IMG/VR virus record: IMGVR_UViG_3300021379_002077 | Location: 1 to 53,039 of that record | Direction: 5' to 3' (one strand) | Length of the DNA: 53,039 bases | Source: a virus | Lineage: Duplodnaviria; Caudoviricetes | In this document: one piece after another, positions 10,335 to 20,444 of the stretch | Layout: the number at the start of each line of letters is the position of its first letter | Position numbering within the stretch: position 1 is the stretch's first letter | The notes under the pieces: generated by a model | The model's input: only the letters and a program-made list of their open reading frames with translations | What the model was told of the DNA's origin: nothing | The model's database searches: none | Program-made: the position numbers and the translations under genes

Positions 10335-11139
10335 TTATACATTAGTAACTGGGGATAGTTCGATTTCAGGGAGTCTTGTTGAAATCCCTTATTCTCATCG
10401 AAGAACTGCATTAGCGTTAGCGCATCCTCTCGCATATTATACCACCTTCTTTATGTTAGATAGAAATGGTGAGTATAAAGAAGAGGCATTTCCATTAGAT
10501 ATTAATCTTGTCGATGAGAGACACCAGACAATATTATCATACAATTCTCAAACAATGTTGGAAGAAACTCCGACAACTGAATCTATTAAATATGGAGATA
10601 TTTATTCATTAAAAACTGGAGATTATCTTACTATTAATCACTTTGGATATAATCTATGTTATTTTGATTATGATCCAGCAAGCACAGAAGATGTTGTTTT
10701 TTATAACAAGAGGCCGACCTCTACTGGGATAGCAGTTACAAAATACGGAACAACTTCATCTGTTTCATCCAGTTTAACTTACTTGGCAGGAGCAACAGAT
10801 ACTGCAAATGGTAATGCGTCATCAATATCAGAGTTATTTGAAAATTATGATGTATTTTTAAATGGTCAAAAAATTACAGAGTCAGATTACCCAGCTGATA
10901 CTGTTACAGGAAAATTATTTTCAATACAAAAAGTAAGTAATACAGTAGATATTAAATCAGATACTCCTGATTTATATGGAACAGGATTTATCCAAGGATT
11001 AAGTAATTTGTACTTAAATGGTATGGAGCAAGATCCATTTGATATGCTAGCACTCTATACAGGTGTAACTATGGTAGAAACTGGTATTCAAGCTTCATTT
11101 TTCTTACCAACATCTGAAACTGACACATATACATTATAA
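10324..11139 (+). CDS. virion structural protein
   Basis: 271 aa, GTG start; repeated (V/L)(F/Y)LNG motifs (DVFLNGQK, NLYLNGME) typical of tail/baseplate beta domains. Confidence 0.55.
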   Translation: MNFNYTLVTGDSSISGSLVEIPYSHRRTALALAHPLAYYTTFFMLDRNGEYKEEAFPLDINLVDERHQTILSYNSQTMLEETPTTESIKYGDIYSLKTGDYLTINHFGYNLCYFDYDPASTEDVVFYNKRPTSTGIAVTKYGTTSSVSSSLTYLAGATDTANGNASSISELFENYDVFLNGQKITESDYPADTVTGKLFSIQKVSNTVDIKSDTPDLYGTGFIQGLSNLYLNGMEQDPFDMLALYTGVTMVETGIQASFFLPTSETDTYTL

Positions 11140-13691
11140 TGAACTTTCAAGATTACGAAACCATTACATCGTTAGATATGAATTTTTCTAACGGTTCTGG
11201 AGGTCATACTGCTACAGTCACTACAACCCTCGGAGCAAAAGATTTAACAGAAGATGAAAAAGAACTTGGTAGTTTGATTGGTAGTGCTGGTAGTGTTACA
11301 TCTTTCACAAATACAAATATTCAAAATTTGTTGGATAACTTCGAAGTAGTAGAAATAACTAAAAATAAAACTCCAAAGGGAATAACATGGAGTAGAAAAT
11401 ATCAAGATAGGACATCTTTGACTTTAAAAGCTAATTGCTTAATCGTTCGTGGTAAAGATTCTCACCCTAAAGATTTAGGAGCATCAGGAATTTCTTTTGC
11501 AGCAAATTCGACTAGGAATCTTGGTGGTAATGGTAATATGTATAATTATTATTCAGCTCTACAAGCGTTAACATCATCTAGCGGAAGAAATAATGAACAA
11601 ATCATGCCATACTTTGGAGAGTGTGCAAATAGCCCAATCACAGGAGCTAGTCAATTATTCCCTTATAGATATCCCACTAAAAAGGGTGCTTGTATTTTTA
11701 TTGGAAATATTTACAACGAGGAAAGTAGTGTTAATAGCGATGGACAGAAAGTATCTTTAGTATATCAAGGCAAAGCTTTTCAACCCAAACTGAGTCAAAA
11801 TTTTGAAAAAAATATTAGCGAATATTACAAGCAAAACCCTGATTACTCAAACTATAATTTAAAATACGGTTACACTATTAATGAATTAAAATCTGCTTTT
11901 GGGAAAGCAGGAATAAATTTAGATGGTTTACCATTTGACGAAAAAACTCTATATACAGATTCTGGTACTTTAGATTCTATTTTATCTTCTGTTGCATCTA
12001 AGTATGGGTATTATTGGTATATTGACCCGTTTGCATTTGGAAAAATTATATTTATTAATTCGGCAACAACATCAAACTTGACAGTTTTCGATCCTTTAAG
12101 TCAACCAGATGAAGTACAGCAAACATATTTAAATGCATCTTATACTCAGAGTAGCATTAGGCCAAAAATCGTTTCAGTTTTTAGTTCAAAAATTGAGAAA
12201 CAAGAGCAGACTTTTGAATTTGATCAAAAAGAAAGATACACTCGTTTTTATCCATTGGATTTAACGGACCTTATGCCAAAATTAAAAATAAGTAAAACTT
12301 TAGCAGCGGCTTTTTATGGACTTCATGTTGCTGGTAACTGGAGTACAGATACCTTTAAAGTAATGGCTTATCTTGCTGCTCATTTGGCAGCGAAAGGAGA
12401 TTTGGAAGAAAAAATAGATTGGGGAGAATTTTGGGAAGATGGAAATTCAATTACAGATGAGGAAGAAGCTTGGGGTGATGTTGAGACCGCTCCGTTCAAA
12501 GATGAAGCTGAGAAGAAATGGAAGCATCCACTTGCCTTGGCAGATGCCAAATTTATTGATTTAGGTATCTCTGGTGAAGGTGGAGGTACTGATGTAGATT
12601 CGGAAGACCCTTCAAAATCTAAAATGTTTAAATATTTAGAAAACGTATATTCGAGTCTTGTCAATACAATTTATGTTTCACATAAATTTAGTCACTGGAA
12701 AGCTGTCAGAATGACAATTAATGGAAGTGGTTTATCTGTTTCTGGGCCTTATGCTGTTGATGGTGCTGATGCAAACAATCTAGATGATGTAGATGCATTA
12801 AGAGGTGTTAACACGCTTCTAGTCGAAGCTGGATTTGATCCAGAAGATTTGAAATTAAGTACGGTTTGGGGAGAATCCACACAAGCGAAAGGTAATGGTA
12901 ATTTTGGATTTATTGGAGTAGCTCCACAAAACTCTAGAAATCATGCGGGTCTTGACAAAGATAAATTTGATTTTTCAAAAGTTAATGATAAGAATTATGG
13001 TTTTTACACCAGTAGTGCAGATGTTAAATATTTACTCGTAAGTGATGATCTTATGAAGGCTGCTAAAGATTTAATCGAAAGTAGCATGAAAATGTGGAAC
13101 AAGGTTACCAAAGATAAGGGAGAAAAAACTAGTAAAGGTTCTAGCATTAAAGTTTCTTATACAAGGGGCAAAAAACCAGTTAATGAAGAACAAACTGGTC
13201 CTAATAAGGAAGACGAAGAGAAAGAAAGTGATAGGCAAGCTGGGCTTGACGCTCTCCAAGAAAAGTTAGAAGAAATTTACGAAAGGTTTGATAAAAGATA
13301 CTTTAGTATTAACCAAAATGGTGCTGGAGGTCATTGGTCTAATCCAGTTCAGTTGGATATTAAAAACGGACCAATTTTTGATATTAAAAAATTAGAACAG
13401 AGTGGTCTTAGTACTGCAATTTCAGCACAACAAGCACCAGCCACATCTTCTAGAACTTTACTTGGTTTACAATTACCAACTCCAGAAAATTATTCTCCAA
13501 CAATATCTGGGATATCATTTAAACTTGGAGCTTCTGGTATCACTACAACAATCAATGAATCTACAATTAAGATGCTAAATCCAGCAGAAAGTTTAATTAT
13601 AGATGGTAATGGACAAGCATTTGGAATTCAGAATGCAGCTGGTGCAAATGCAAACTTCTCAGCAGGACAAAGAAACTTCTTGAAGTTATAA
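11139..13691 (+). CDS. large tail/baseplate hub-like protein
   Basis: 850 aa, last gene of the tail operon; GTLDSILSSVASKYGYYWYID resembles hub/Tal-type segments; converges on the minus-strand block. Confidence 0.5.
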   Translation: MNFQDYETITSLDMNFSNGSGGHTATVTTTLGAKDLTEDEKELGSLIGSAGSVTSFTNTNIQNLLDNFEVVEITKNKTPKGITWSRKYQDRTSLTLKANCLIVRGKDSHPKDLGASGISFAANSTRNLGGNGNMYNYYSALQALTSSSGRNNEQIMPYFGECANSPITGASQLFPYRYPTKKGACIFIGNIYNEESSVNSDGQKVSLVYQGKAFQPKLSQNFEKNISEYYKQNPDYSNYNLKYGYTINELKSAFGKAGINLDGLPFDEKTLYTDSGTLDSILSSVASKYGYYWYIDPFAFGKIIFINSATTSNLTVFDPLSQPDEVQQTYLNASYTQSSIRPKIVSVFSSKIEKQEQTFEFDQKERYTRFYPLDLTDLMPKLKISKTLAAAFYGLHVAGNWSTDTFKVMAYLAAHLAAKGDLEEKIDWGEFWEDGNSITDEEEAWGDVETAPFKDEAEKKWKHPLALADAKFIDLGISGEGGGTDVDSEDPSKSKMFKYLENVYSSLVNTIYVSHKFSHWKAVRMTINGSGLSVSGPYAVDGADANNLDDVDALRGVNTLLVEAGFDPEDLKLSTVWGESTQAKGNGNFGFIGVAPQNSRNHAGLDKDKFDFSKVNDKNYGFYTSSADVKYLLVSDDLMKAAKDLIESSMKMWNKVTKDKGEKTSKGSSIKVSYTRGKKPVNEEQTGPNKEDEEKESDRQAGLDALQEKLEEIYERFDKRYFSINQNGAGGHWSNPVQLDIKNGPIFDIKKLEQSGLSTAISAQQAPATSSRTLLGLQLPTPENYSPTISGISFKLGASGITTTINESTIKMLNPAESLIIDGNGQAFGIQNAAGANANFSAGQRNFLKL

Positions 13692-14456
13692 TTTCTTCAT
13701 TAAGGCTCTAATTTTGCGAGCTTCTTTGGCTGGGATATCATCCCAGTCATTCCATTCGGCTGCATCTCCATTTTTATACGCTTTTTCGATCCAGAATTGC
13801 CGTAGAATCTCTTTGAACTCTTCAAAGGTCTTCCCACCCGTTTTTTCTCTAAAGACTTGTTTAAGTTGAGATAGAGGCGAAAGAGAGGCAATTGGATTTT
13901 CATCACTTGATGATTCGATAGAAATAGCATTATTAGCTTCTTTAGACTTATCGATTTCATCTGCACCGACAATATGGATATTTAAAAAGTTACGAACGCA
14001 ACGGACAAAAGCTCTGTTACAAGCAATAGTTTCTAAAAACTTAACTGCAAAAGAACTTGTATTGTTAATAGTCGCATTTGCTACGTCTTGATAAACAACT
14101 TTCTGTGATCCACTTTCATAGTTCGGTGACCAAGTGATTTCACAAGAAGCTGTTACATAGTTATCTGAAATATTTTCAGTATTAAAGGTAACGCTTTCAA
14201 AGCCTCTTAGACGAGCAAGTTCTTTAATGCCTCCAAGCATAATGAAAAGCTGATTATCTTTTAGCCCTTCAATGGAAGTTGGGACAGGTTGTTTGCGAGC
14301 TTCAAACCAATCTTTATTTGGATAAAGAAACTCTGGCTTAATCATTGCTCTCCAATCAACGGAACCATCTTCATTAAAAATGTATTCTGCATTTTCAAGA
14401 AGACCATGTTCATTCCTCTTATAAATGTCTGGCCCGTAGATTTTATCCTTGTTCAT
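13686..14456 (-). CDS. putative single-strand annealing protein (Rad52/Sak-like)
   Basis: LGGIKELARLRG...ASCEITW...QDVANA...ETIACNRAFVRCVRNFLNI resembles the Rad52-like core ending in 'A.tRA..RalR'; located near SSB. Confidence 0.5.
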   Translation of the reverse strand: MNKDKIYGPDIYKRNEHGLLENAEYIFNEDGSVDWRAMIKPEFLYPNKDWFEARKQPVPTSIEGLKDNQLFIMLGGIKELARLRGFESVTFNTENISDNYVTASCEITWSPNYESGSQKVVYQDVANATINNTSSFAVKFLETIACNRAFVRCVRNFLNIHIVGADEIDKSKEANNAISIESSSDENPIASLSPLSQLKQVFREKTGGKTFEEFKEILRQFWIEKAYKNGDAAEWNDWDDIPAKEARKIRALMKKL

Positions 14457-15567
14457 GTGACTCTTTATAAATCATAAGAGAGTCTAGGTCAACAAAAATG
14501 TCATTTAAATTTTCTTCGCCATTTGCGGCATACAAAGACCCATAAGCTTCTCCATTTTTTAAATAAACTGAACAAGACTTAGCTTTAAATTTATTTTTCT
14601 TTAAAGAAACTCTCTTTTTATTATTTGAGATTTTTTTATGTTCTTCAATTAGTAGAATCAAATCATCAATAAACTTCACTCTTTGATCAGATAAGTATTT
14701 CTTTTTTGTGCAAATAAGTCTTAAAGCGACCCCATGCTTTTTTACTCTTTTGACAAAATCTTCGTCAAACTTATCTGCGAAGTAAGAAATGTTATTAATG
14801 TTTTTTGATTTTAGAATTTCATCACTGACTGGCTTTTTAGTCATGATGGAAATTTTATTATTATTAAAAAAGTGGAGACAATTTTCTTCATTGTGAAGCA
14901 AGTCCAACCTTAAAACAATATTAGCTTTTGACAAAGAGTATTTTTTATCAGGAATAACGTGAACAAGTTGTTCTTTATATCTATCTCCGATAAATAAAGT
15001 TTTTCTCTCTGATTTTTCTTTACCAAGTTTTTCTAAAATTGAGTTTGCAATAACTTCGGGTTTGATCATGTTGATAGTTTTGGGGAACTCCTTTAAAGAG
15101 AAAGAGGGTTTATTTCCATTCCTATCTGATTCAATGATTGTTTGTTTTTCTTTTGAACCCCACAGAGGATCACAAGTTTTTGCGTAAGTATGTCCGTATA
15201 TGGCTACGATTGGAGTATCTAAATGAGAAGCGATATGGACTGGACAACTATCAATACCAACATGCATTAAGGCATTCTTGATTAGGAAAGCTGATTGTTT
15301 TATAGACTTAGTTTCAATAAACTTGTAAACATTTTTAATTTTAGGTTCTTTCCCACTTCCAATTTGGATAAATTTTACGTCTTCGTATTTAGTCTTTACA
15401 ATGTTGATTACTTCTTCCCAGTAATCGTAATGCTTTGAGTCAACTTTGTTATCTGTGTGGATCGTAATATAGTTTTCTTCAACAATTGGGTAAAAGTGAG
15501 GGAGAAAAACTGGGGTTCCAATTTTTACACCTAAATCTTTTGCATATACTTCTGCTAAGTGACTCAT
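14443..15567 (-). CDS. glycosyltransferase family 9 (heptosyltransferase-like)
   Basis: K.YDYWEEV, FIQIG, and AFLIKNALMHVGIDSCPVHIASHLDTPIVAIYG match the GT9 'DSG.MH.A.A...P.VALFG' signature. Confidence 0.85.
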   Translation of the reverse strand: MSHLAEVYAKDLGVKIGTPVFLPHFYPIVEENYITIHTDNKVDSKHYDYWEEVINIVKTKYEDVKFIQIGSGKEPKIKNVYKFIETKSIKQSAFLIKNALMHVGIDSCPVHIASHLDTPIVAIYGHTYAKTCDPLWGSKEKQTIIESDRNGNKPSFSLKEFPKTINMIKPEVIANSILEKLGKEKSERKTLFIGDRYKEQLVHVIPDKKYSLSKANIVLRLDLLHNEENCLHFFNNNKISIMTKKPVSDEILKSKNINNISYFADKFDEDFVKRVKKHGVALRLICTKKKYLSDQRVKFIDDLILLIEEHKKISNNKKRVSLKKNKFKAKSCSVYLKNGEAYGSLYAANGEENLNDIFVDLDSLMIYKESHEQG

Positions 15568-17279
15568 CTTAATTCGAATTGATTTTTATTTTTGCCGTTG
15601 TGGATGTAGTTGAGAACTTTTTGAGTTCCTACATTTGGTATAAATGCCATATCAAAATAACCTTTATTTGGGCCACTACCTTCAAGCTTGAGGAGATTAT
15701 CTAGTTGAGGGTCATACTGTAACACTTTATGGACAAATGGGTTGTCATCAATAAAGGGGAAGAATTCTTTTTTAGTGAAGAAGAAGATTTTTTTATCTGG
15801 ATAAAGACCGTTTAAATTCTTCATCAGAGAGTTGACCATTAAAACGTCTCCACCAGACTCAGGCATTAAAACAGCAATTCTATTTTCAATTTCTACATCA
15901 CTCAAAAGATCTTCGAAAGATGTTTTATTTGTTTTTTTATTTTCTTCTTTTTTATCTTCTTTTGAAGAACGTAGTTTTACGTTTTTAATATAATGCTTTA
16001 ATTGGGATACAGTATTTTGAACTGAGAATTTTTCTTGGACATATTTCATTCCAGTCTCAATAAGTTTAGATTTGGATTCTTCGTCCATTTCGTAAACTTG
16101 TTTTAGTCTTTCTGCAATGCTGTCAGGGCAAGTAGTTGCTTTAATAAACTGAGTGCTTGGTTCTCTATATTCATTCCAAGCTAGTGGAATGCCGCCTTGA
16201 TGTTCGTAAGCAGAATCTGTTCCGCAAGAGTAGTCTGTGACAAGCGTGATTAGCCCAGCAGCCTTTGCTTCTTGGATCGGGAGTTCTTGGCCACCACTTG
16301 TAAATGGGTGGCAGTAAACATCCATGATATTATAAATCTCATTGAGTTCTTTTTCTCTTACTCCGCGACCACTATTTTTTGTTTTAACACATTTTTCTCC
16401 ACCACATGATGAGCAGCTTTTATCTTCTCCATCATAAGGTTGTAAAAAGTAGTCATCACATTTGTGGCAAACATAAGTTGCCAACACACTCCCATCTTCG
16501 AGATTTTTTTCTTTTAGGTATTTTGGGATATCCCAACCCATTTGTTTTTCTGCCCAGTCTGTATGTAAAAGAAGTTTTGCTTTAACTTCTGGATTTTCTT
16601 TTCTAAATCTATTGAAGCCTTCTAGAAGATTTGGAACAGATTTTCTCAACTGATTCTTAAAAACAAAACCAATAACATAACTATCGTCAAGATTATGAAG
16701 CTTTCTAAGTTCATCTCTATTTTCTAAAGGTTTGAAGTGGCTATAGTCTACAGCACCATGAACGGTGGCAACAGTATCATGTCCAAGCTCTTTCATTGCA
16801 TCTTCAGCGAATGAAGCCCAAACTAACATTTGATCACACTTTGGTTCCATGTCTAAAGCTTGATCTAAAATTGGCAAACTATCTAAAGTAGTCCAAATAA
16901 TCTTTTTAGTTGTGTTCCACCAAGGCTTCTTTTCGTATTCTCTGAAAGCCCATACATCTTCGATACCAAGGAAAACATCTGGATTAACTTTTTCTACAAT
17001 ATCATCAATATTGTAATATCCATATTGAGCTGCTCTTTTTTTTGCAGGTTCTTTTTGTAAAACTTGAAGAATTCTTGGGTTGTTTGGATATGTCCCATAT
17101 GATTCCCAAGGTGTTTGTAGATCTTTGCCAAATGGAACTCCATTTGCGGCTTCTACAACTTCAATGTCTGGATCTTCATGTAGAGCGAGAAGAATATTTT
17201 TCATATTCTTCCCGAACCCAGTTACCATTCGGCAATAATTGGATTGTACTAGTACTTTAATTTTCTTAGAATGGGACAT
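15564..17279 (-). CDS. GT4 glycosyltransferase with CxxC insertion and C-terminal GT9-like N-domain
   Basis: TGFG N-terminal motif; KNQLRKSVPNLLEGF; IYNIMDVYCHPFTSGGQELPIQEAKAAG (E-x7-E region); CHKC...CSSC; C-terminal ESGGDVLM...DNPFVHKV. Likely start is ATG 17279 (MSHSKK); the track ORF starts at 17297. Confidence 0.85.
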   Translation of the reverse strand: MSHSKKIKVLVQSNYCRMVTGFGKNMKNILLALHEDPDIEVVEAANGVPFGKDLQTPWESYGTYPNNPRILQVLQKEPAKKRAAQYGYYNIDDIVEKVNPDVFLGIEDVWAFREYEKKPWWNTTKKIIWTTLDSLPILDQALDMEPKCDQMLVWASFAEDAMKELGHDTVATVHGAVDYSHFKPLENRDELRKLHNLDDSYVIGFVFKNQLRKSVPNLLEGFNRFRKENPEVKAKLLLHTDWAEKQMGWDIPKYLKEKNLEDGSVLATYVCHKCDDYFLQPYDGEDKSCSSCGGEKCVKTKNSGRGVREKELNEIYNIMDVYCHPFTSGGQELPIQEAKAAGLITLVTDYSCGTDSAYEHQGGIPLAWNEYREPSTQFIKATTCPDSIAERLKQVYEMDEESKSKLIETGMKYVQEKFSVQNTVSQLKHYIKNVKLRSSKEDKKEENKKTNKTSFEDLLSDVEIENRIAVLMPESGGDVLMVNSLMKNLNGLYPDKKIFFFTKKEFFPFIDDNPFVHKVLQYDPQLDNLLKLEGSGPNKGYFDMAFIPNVGTQKVLNYIHNGKNKNQFELR

Positions 17280-17847
17280 CATCGTCATCGTCCTCAATTA
17301 CTGAGGATTTAGGTTCAGGTTTTTTATAAGTTTTTTGTGCTGGTTGATCTTGCTTATAAGATTCGGCTTGTGCGGTCATACTTTCTTTGATGTATGATTC
17401 AAGGAGAATAGCTAGACATTCAGCTTCTCCAGCTTCAATTGGGAGTTTAAAAAATTGAGCTGAGTTTTTAGTAATTGTAAGTCCCCAAGCGGGAGATTTG
17501 AAAGTTTCTTGAGTGTCTTTTCCTTTGATTACTCGATTTTTATCCCAAGGTGTAAGCTTGATGATTGTTGTTTTATCCTCAGTCTTATGGAATCCAACAA
17601 ATGGAATGCGTGTTTTGAAACAGGAGAGGAATTCCCCAGCTTCAATTTCAGTTAGTTTAATTGTAGTGGACTTGTCTGGATTCTTAGCATTTTCCTTAAA
17701 CGAGCCAGTTTTTGTATTATCGTTCCAGCTATGCTGGAGAATCATAGATACAAATAATACAGGCTTATTATTGCGATCTTTAGTGCTATCAAAAGTAAAA
17801 GCAGCACCTGTATTTTTAGCATTTGGCTTGTAAAGTGTAAATTTCAT
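17266..17847 (-). CDS. single-stranded DNA-binding protein
   Basis: Acidic C-terminal tail EDDDDDVPF typical of SSBs; beta-rich N-terminal domain. Confidence 0.7.
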   Translation of the reverse strand: MKFTLYKPNAKNTGAAFTFDSTKDRNNKPVLFVSMILQHSWNDNTKTGSFKENAKNPDKSTTIKLTEIEAGEFLSCFKTRIPFVGFHKTEDKTTIIKLTPWDKNRVIKGKDTQETFKSPAWGLTITKNSAQFFKLPIEAGEAECLAILLESYIKESMTAQAESYKQDQPAQKTYKKPEPKSSVIEDDDDDVPF

Positions 17848-17885
17848 AGAAAAAGTGTATTATTTAACAGATAATCTATTGTAAC

Positions 17886-18971
17886 ATGCCATTTACAAAA
17901 ATTCAACCACAACAATTGCAACTTCCGACTTTTTTAAGTCCAAGTGGAGATTTCACTTTCCAAAATAACTCTACTGGATTTAATATTGATTTAAATAGGG
18001 AATTGGATGGTAGTTTTAACTTTACAGATTCAGTAACTGTAAACGATGGACAAAGAATAGTCACATCATCATCAACCAATAGTTATTCAGAATATAGTCT
18101 TGCTCTTGGAGGTACAAACAATGAAGTAACTGGAAATTACAATTTATTTTTAAATGGTGTTTCTAATACAGCTGGATCTGGAAATTATAATGTAATTATA
18201 AATTCAGAGAGTATTCAACTTGGGCAAAGTGGTAAATATAATACTGCTATAGGTGGAGATAGTTTGCAATTTGGCAATCAAACAACAGGTGCTGTTATTT
18301 TAGCTGATCATGAAACAGCGGTAACTAATAGTACCAATCATTCTTTGTTAGTTTCTTTCGGAAGTGGAATCACTTTTCAGAATGGAGATATTTACCACAA
18401 TGGAGATAGGGTTCATCTGAAGTCTCATTTATCTATCGATAGCCAACATTCTGGTATTTTTAGTGGTAATGTTTTGGTTGGGGGTCAATTTCAAGCTGAT
18501 GGTAGTGCAGAAATCGAAGGACCACTTTATGTTAATTCACAAACAGATAAAAGTATTTTTAGTGGAGATTTAAGTTGCGATGATCTTTTTTCAAATAGTC
18601 TTACATTGCAAGGTAGTGCAGAGATAACTGGAAATTTAAGCGTTAGTGGAATAGTTATATTGAATGATGGGACAGAAGCTATGTCAAAAGGATTTGGATC
18701 TCAAAGGTTTTCTCATCAGGTAAGTAATACTTTGACTGGAGCTGGAGAAAATTTCTTTAACGAAGGTGGCTCTCAATTGCTGTATGGTACTGTTGGGAAA
18801 ATTGTTCCAGATGATCATATTGTTACTGGTCATATTCTAACGGGATATGATCCAGCTGACCAAACGAGTGAAATAGCATATTTTTTATTAAAATCAGCAG
18901 GTTTCACAGGAGCAATCATGTTTGATAAATACAGAGACTTAAATGGTGTTCACATCCCTCCTGCTCCATAA
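17886..18971 (+). CDS. tail-fibre-like virion protein with beta-helix repeats
   Basis: Gly/Asn repeats (LALGGTNN, LFLNGVSN, TAIGG); a segment paralogous to 47852..49078; GTGTA at 17855-17859. Confidence 0.65.
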   Translation: MPFTKIQPQQLQLPTFLSPSGDFTFQNNSTGFNIDLNRELDGSFNFTDSVTVNDGQRIVTSSSTNSYSEYSLALGGTNNEVTGNYNLFLNGVSNTAGSGNYNVIINSESIQLGQSGKYNTAIGGDSLQFGNQTTGAVILADHETAVTNSTNHSLLVSFGSGITFQNGDIYHNGDRVHLKSHLSIDSQHSGIFSGNVLVGGQFQADGSAEIEGPLYVNSQTDKSIFSGDLSCDDLFSNSLTLQGSAEITGNLSVSGIVILNDGTEAMSKGFGSQRFSHQVSNTLTGAGENFFNEGGSQLLYGTVGKIVPDDHIVTGHILTGYDPADQTSEIAYFLLKSAGFTGAIMFDKYRDLNGVHIPPAP

Positions 18972-18976
18972 GGATA

Positions 18977-19360
18977 TTAATCTAAATCAATCTTAACTCT
19001 AGAAGTTTCAATAGTCTTCTTTTTATCAGAAAGATGCTTCTTTCCAGTCTTCTTCTCGTAATCGTTAAAAACTTTACGTCTTACTGGGTCTTCTCCACCG
19101 TTAGCTTCAGCTCTTTTGGCCGAAAGCTCTGAGGAGTAATCCATAACATCTCCTACAGTTCCTTTCATTTTGCCAGTTTTCTCAATGAACTGATTTTTAT
19201 TCCAAGCATTTTCTCTTGTATCAATGGCTGCATTTGGAATAGTAAATACTCTTTGCCATTGTAAACCAGATTCATCAATATAAACATGTTCCTCATTCAT
19301 TGTCTGAACGATTTCTTTGTATTCTCCAGTTTCTGGGTGCTTATAAGTATAGATTGGCAT
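18977..19360 (-). CDS. FmdB-like zinc-ribbon family protein (Cys-less)
   Basis: MPIYTYKHPETGEYKEIVQTM...WQRVFTIP follows the FmdB 'MPIYEYxC..CG..FE..Q.M' pattern without cysteines. Confidence 0.6.
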   Translation of the reverse strand: MPIYTYKHPETGEYKEIVQTMNEEHVYIDESGLQWQRVFTIPNAAIDTRENAWNKNQFIEKTGKMKGTVGDVMDYSSELSAKRAEANGGEDPVRRKVFNDYEKKTGKKHLSDKKKTIETSRVKIDLD

Positions 19361-19361
19361 C

Positions 19362-20444
19362 TTAGTAAATTTTTTCTAGGATCTTCTCGATTGTCTTTTC
19401 GTAAGTAAATTCTTCTTGTAGTTTTAATCCTTCAGTGTTTTTAGATTTGGCAGATTGGACTGCTTTATCCATAGCAGTACCAATATCAACACCATTTAAT
19501 CTATAATATTGTCCTTGATTAAATTGGCCACCTTCACGGAAAAATACATTATCATAACAAGGTTGCTTGCCAATTGGTTCAACCAAGATTGCATTTTTAT
19601 CATTCGCCCAATCTTTATGAGATGTGCAGTTACTTACAATTGACCATTTACCAAGAGCAGTCGCATTAAAAGCGGGAAGGTTCCACCCTTCACCATTAGA
19701 CAATCCAGACAGGTCAATATCAATAGAGTTGACCACTTCATTGACTTCACTATTTGTTTTTAAGCGAGGTAAAAAGTTTACATTTGAAACATTTTGACTA
19801 CCAAGAGCTTGCTTGATTTGCTCTTGCATTTGTTCTTTTTTGAGAAATGGATTTTCGATCAAACAAGTCAATTGATAACGGGGATTATTGCCAAATTTCT
19901 GGACCCAAAGTTGAATTAAAGCTTGTGTATTTTTGCGACGTTCCATTTTTCCGATAAGACCAAAATGAATGATGTCATCCCCTAAGTATTCTTTATTTGT
20001 TTCTTTAAAATCTGTGTCGAAACCCAATGGTACATAAGATACATTATCACATCCCCTTTTCTTAAAAATCTCTGCTGCTTCAGAGCAAGAAAAGAAAACA
20101 TGGTTTTGAGCTTTAACAATAGCGATCTCTTCTTCTGTTGGGGAATCTACTTCATAAAAAGTGTAAAGGAACTGATTATCAGACACTTTCCTTTCTGAAC
20201 CGTTGATGTGCCAAACCCTTAAAGTCGGTGTATTTCTATCGAGTGATTTAAGTTGTGTTTTTGTCTTGTTGACCAAGTACTCAAACATATCTTCTTCCAA
20301 TAAGTCAAAAGCAGATAAGTCTAATTGACCAGTTGGGAAAATATTAATATCTAAATCTTTTTTCTTTAATTCTCTGAGAAAATTTAAAGATACATTTCCC
20401 AAACTGAGGGAATTAAATGGGGCATCAAAATTTAATTTATGCAT
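19362..20444 (-). CDS. GT4 glycosyltransferase
   Basis: YTFYEVD, VPLGFD, GKMERRKN, and SNGEGWNLPAFNATALGK (GT-B C-terminal motif). Confidence 0.85.
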   Translation of the reverse strand: MHKLNFDAPFNSLSLGNVSLNFLRELKKKDLDINIFPTGQLDLSAFDLLEEDMFEYLVNKTKTQLKSLDRNTPTLRVWHINGSERKVSDNQFLYTFYEVDSPTEEEIAIVKAQNHVFFSCSEAAEIFKKRGCDNVSYVPLGFDTDFKETNKEYLGDDIIHFGLIGKMERRKNTQALIQLWVQKFGNNPRYQLTCLIENPFLKKEQMQEQIKQALGSQNVSNVNFLPRLKTNSEVNEVVNSIDIDLSGLSNGEGWNLPAFNATALGKWSIVSNCTSHKDWANDKNAILVEPIGKQPCYDNVFFREGGQFNQGQYYRLNGVDIGTAMDKAVQSAKSKNTEGLKLQEEFTYEKTIEKILEKIY

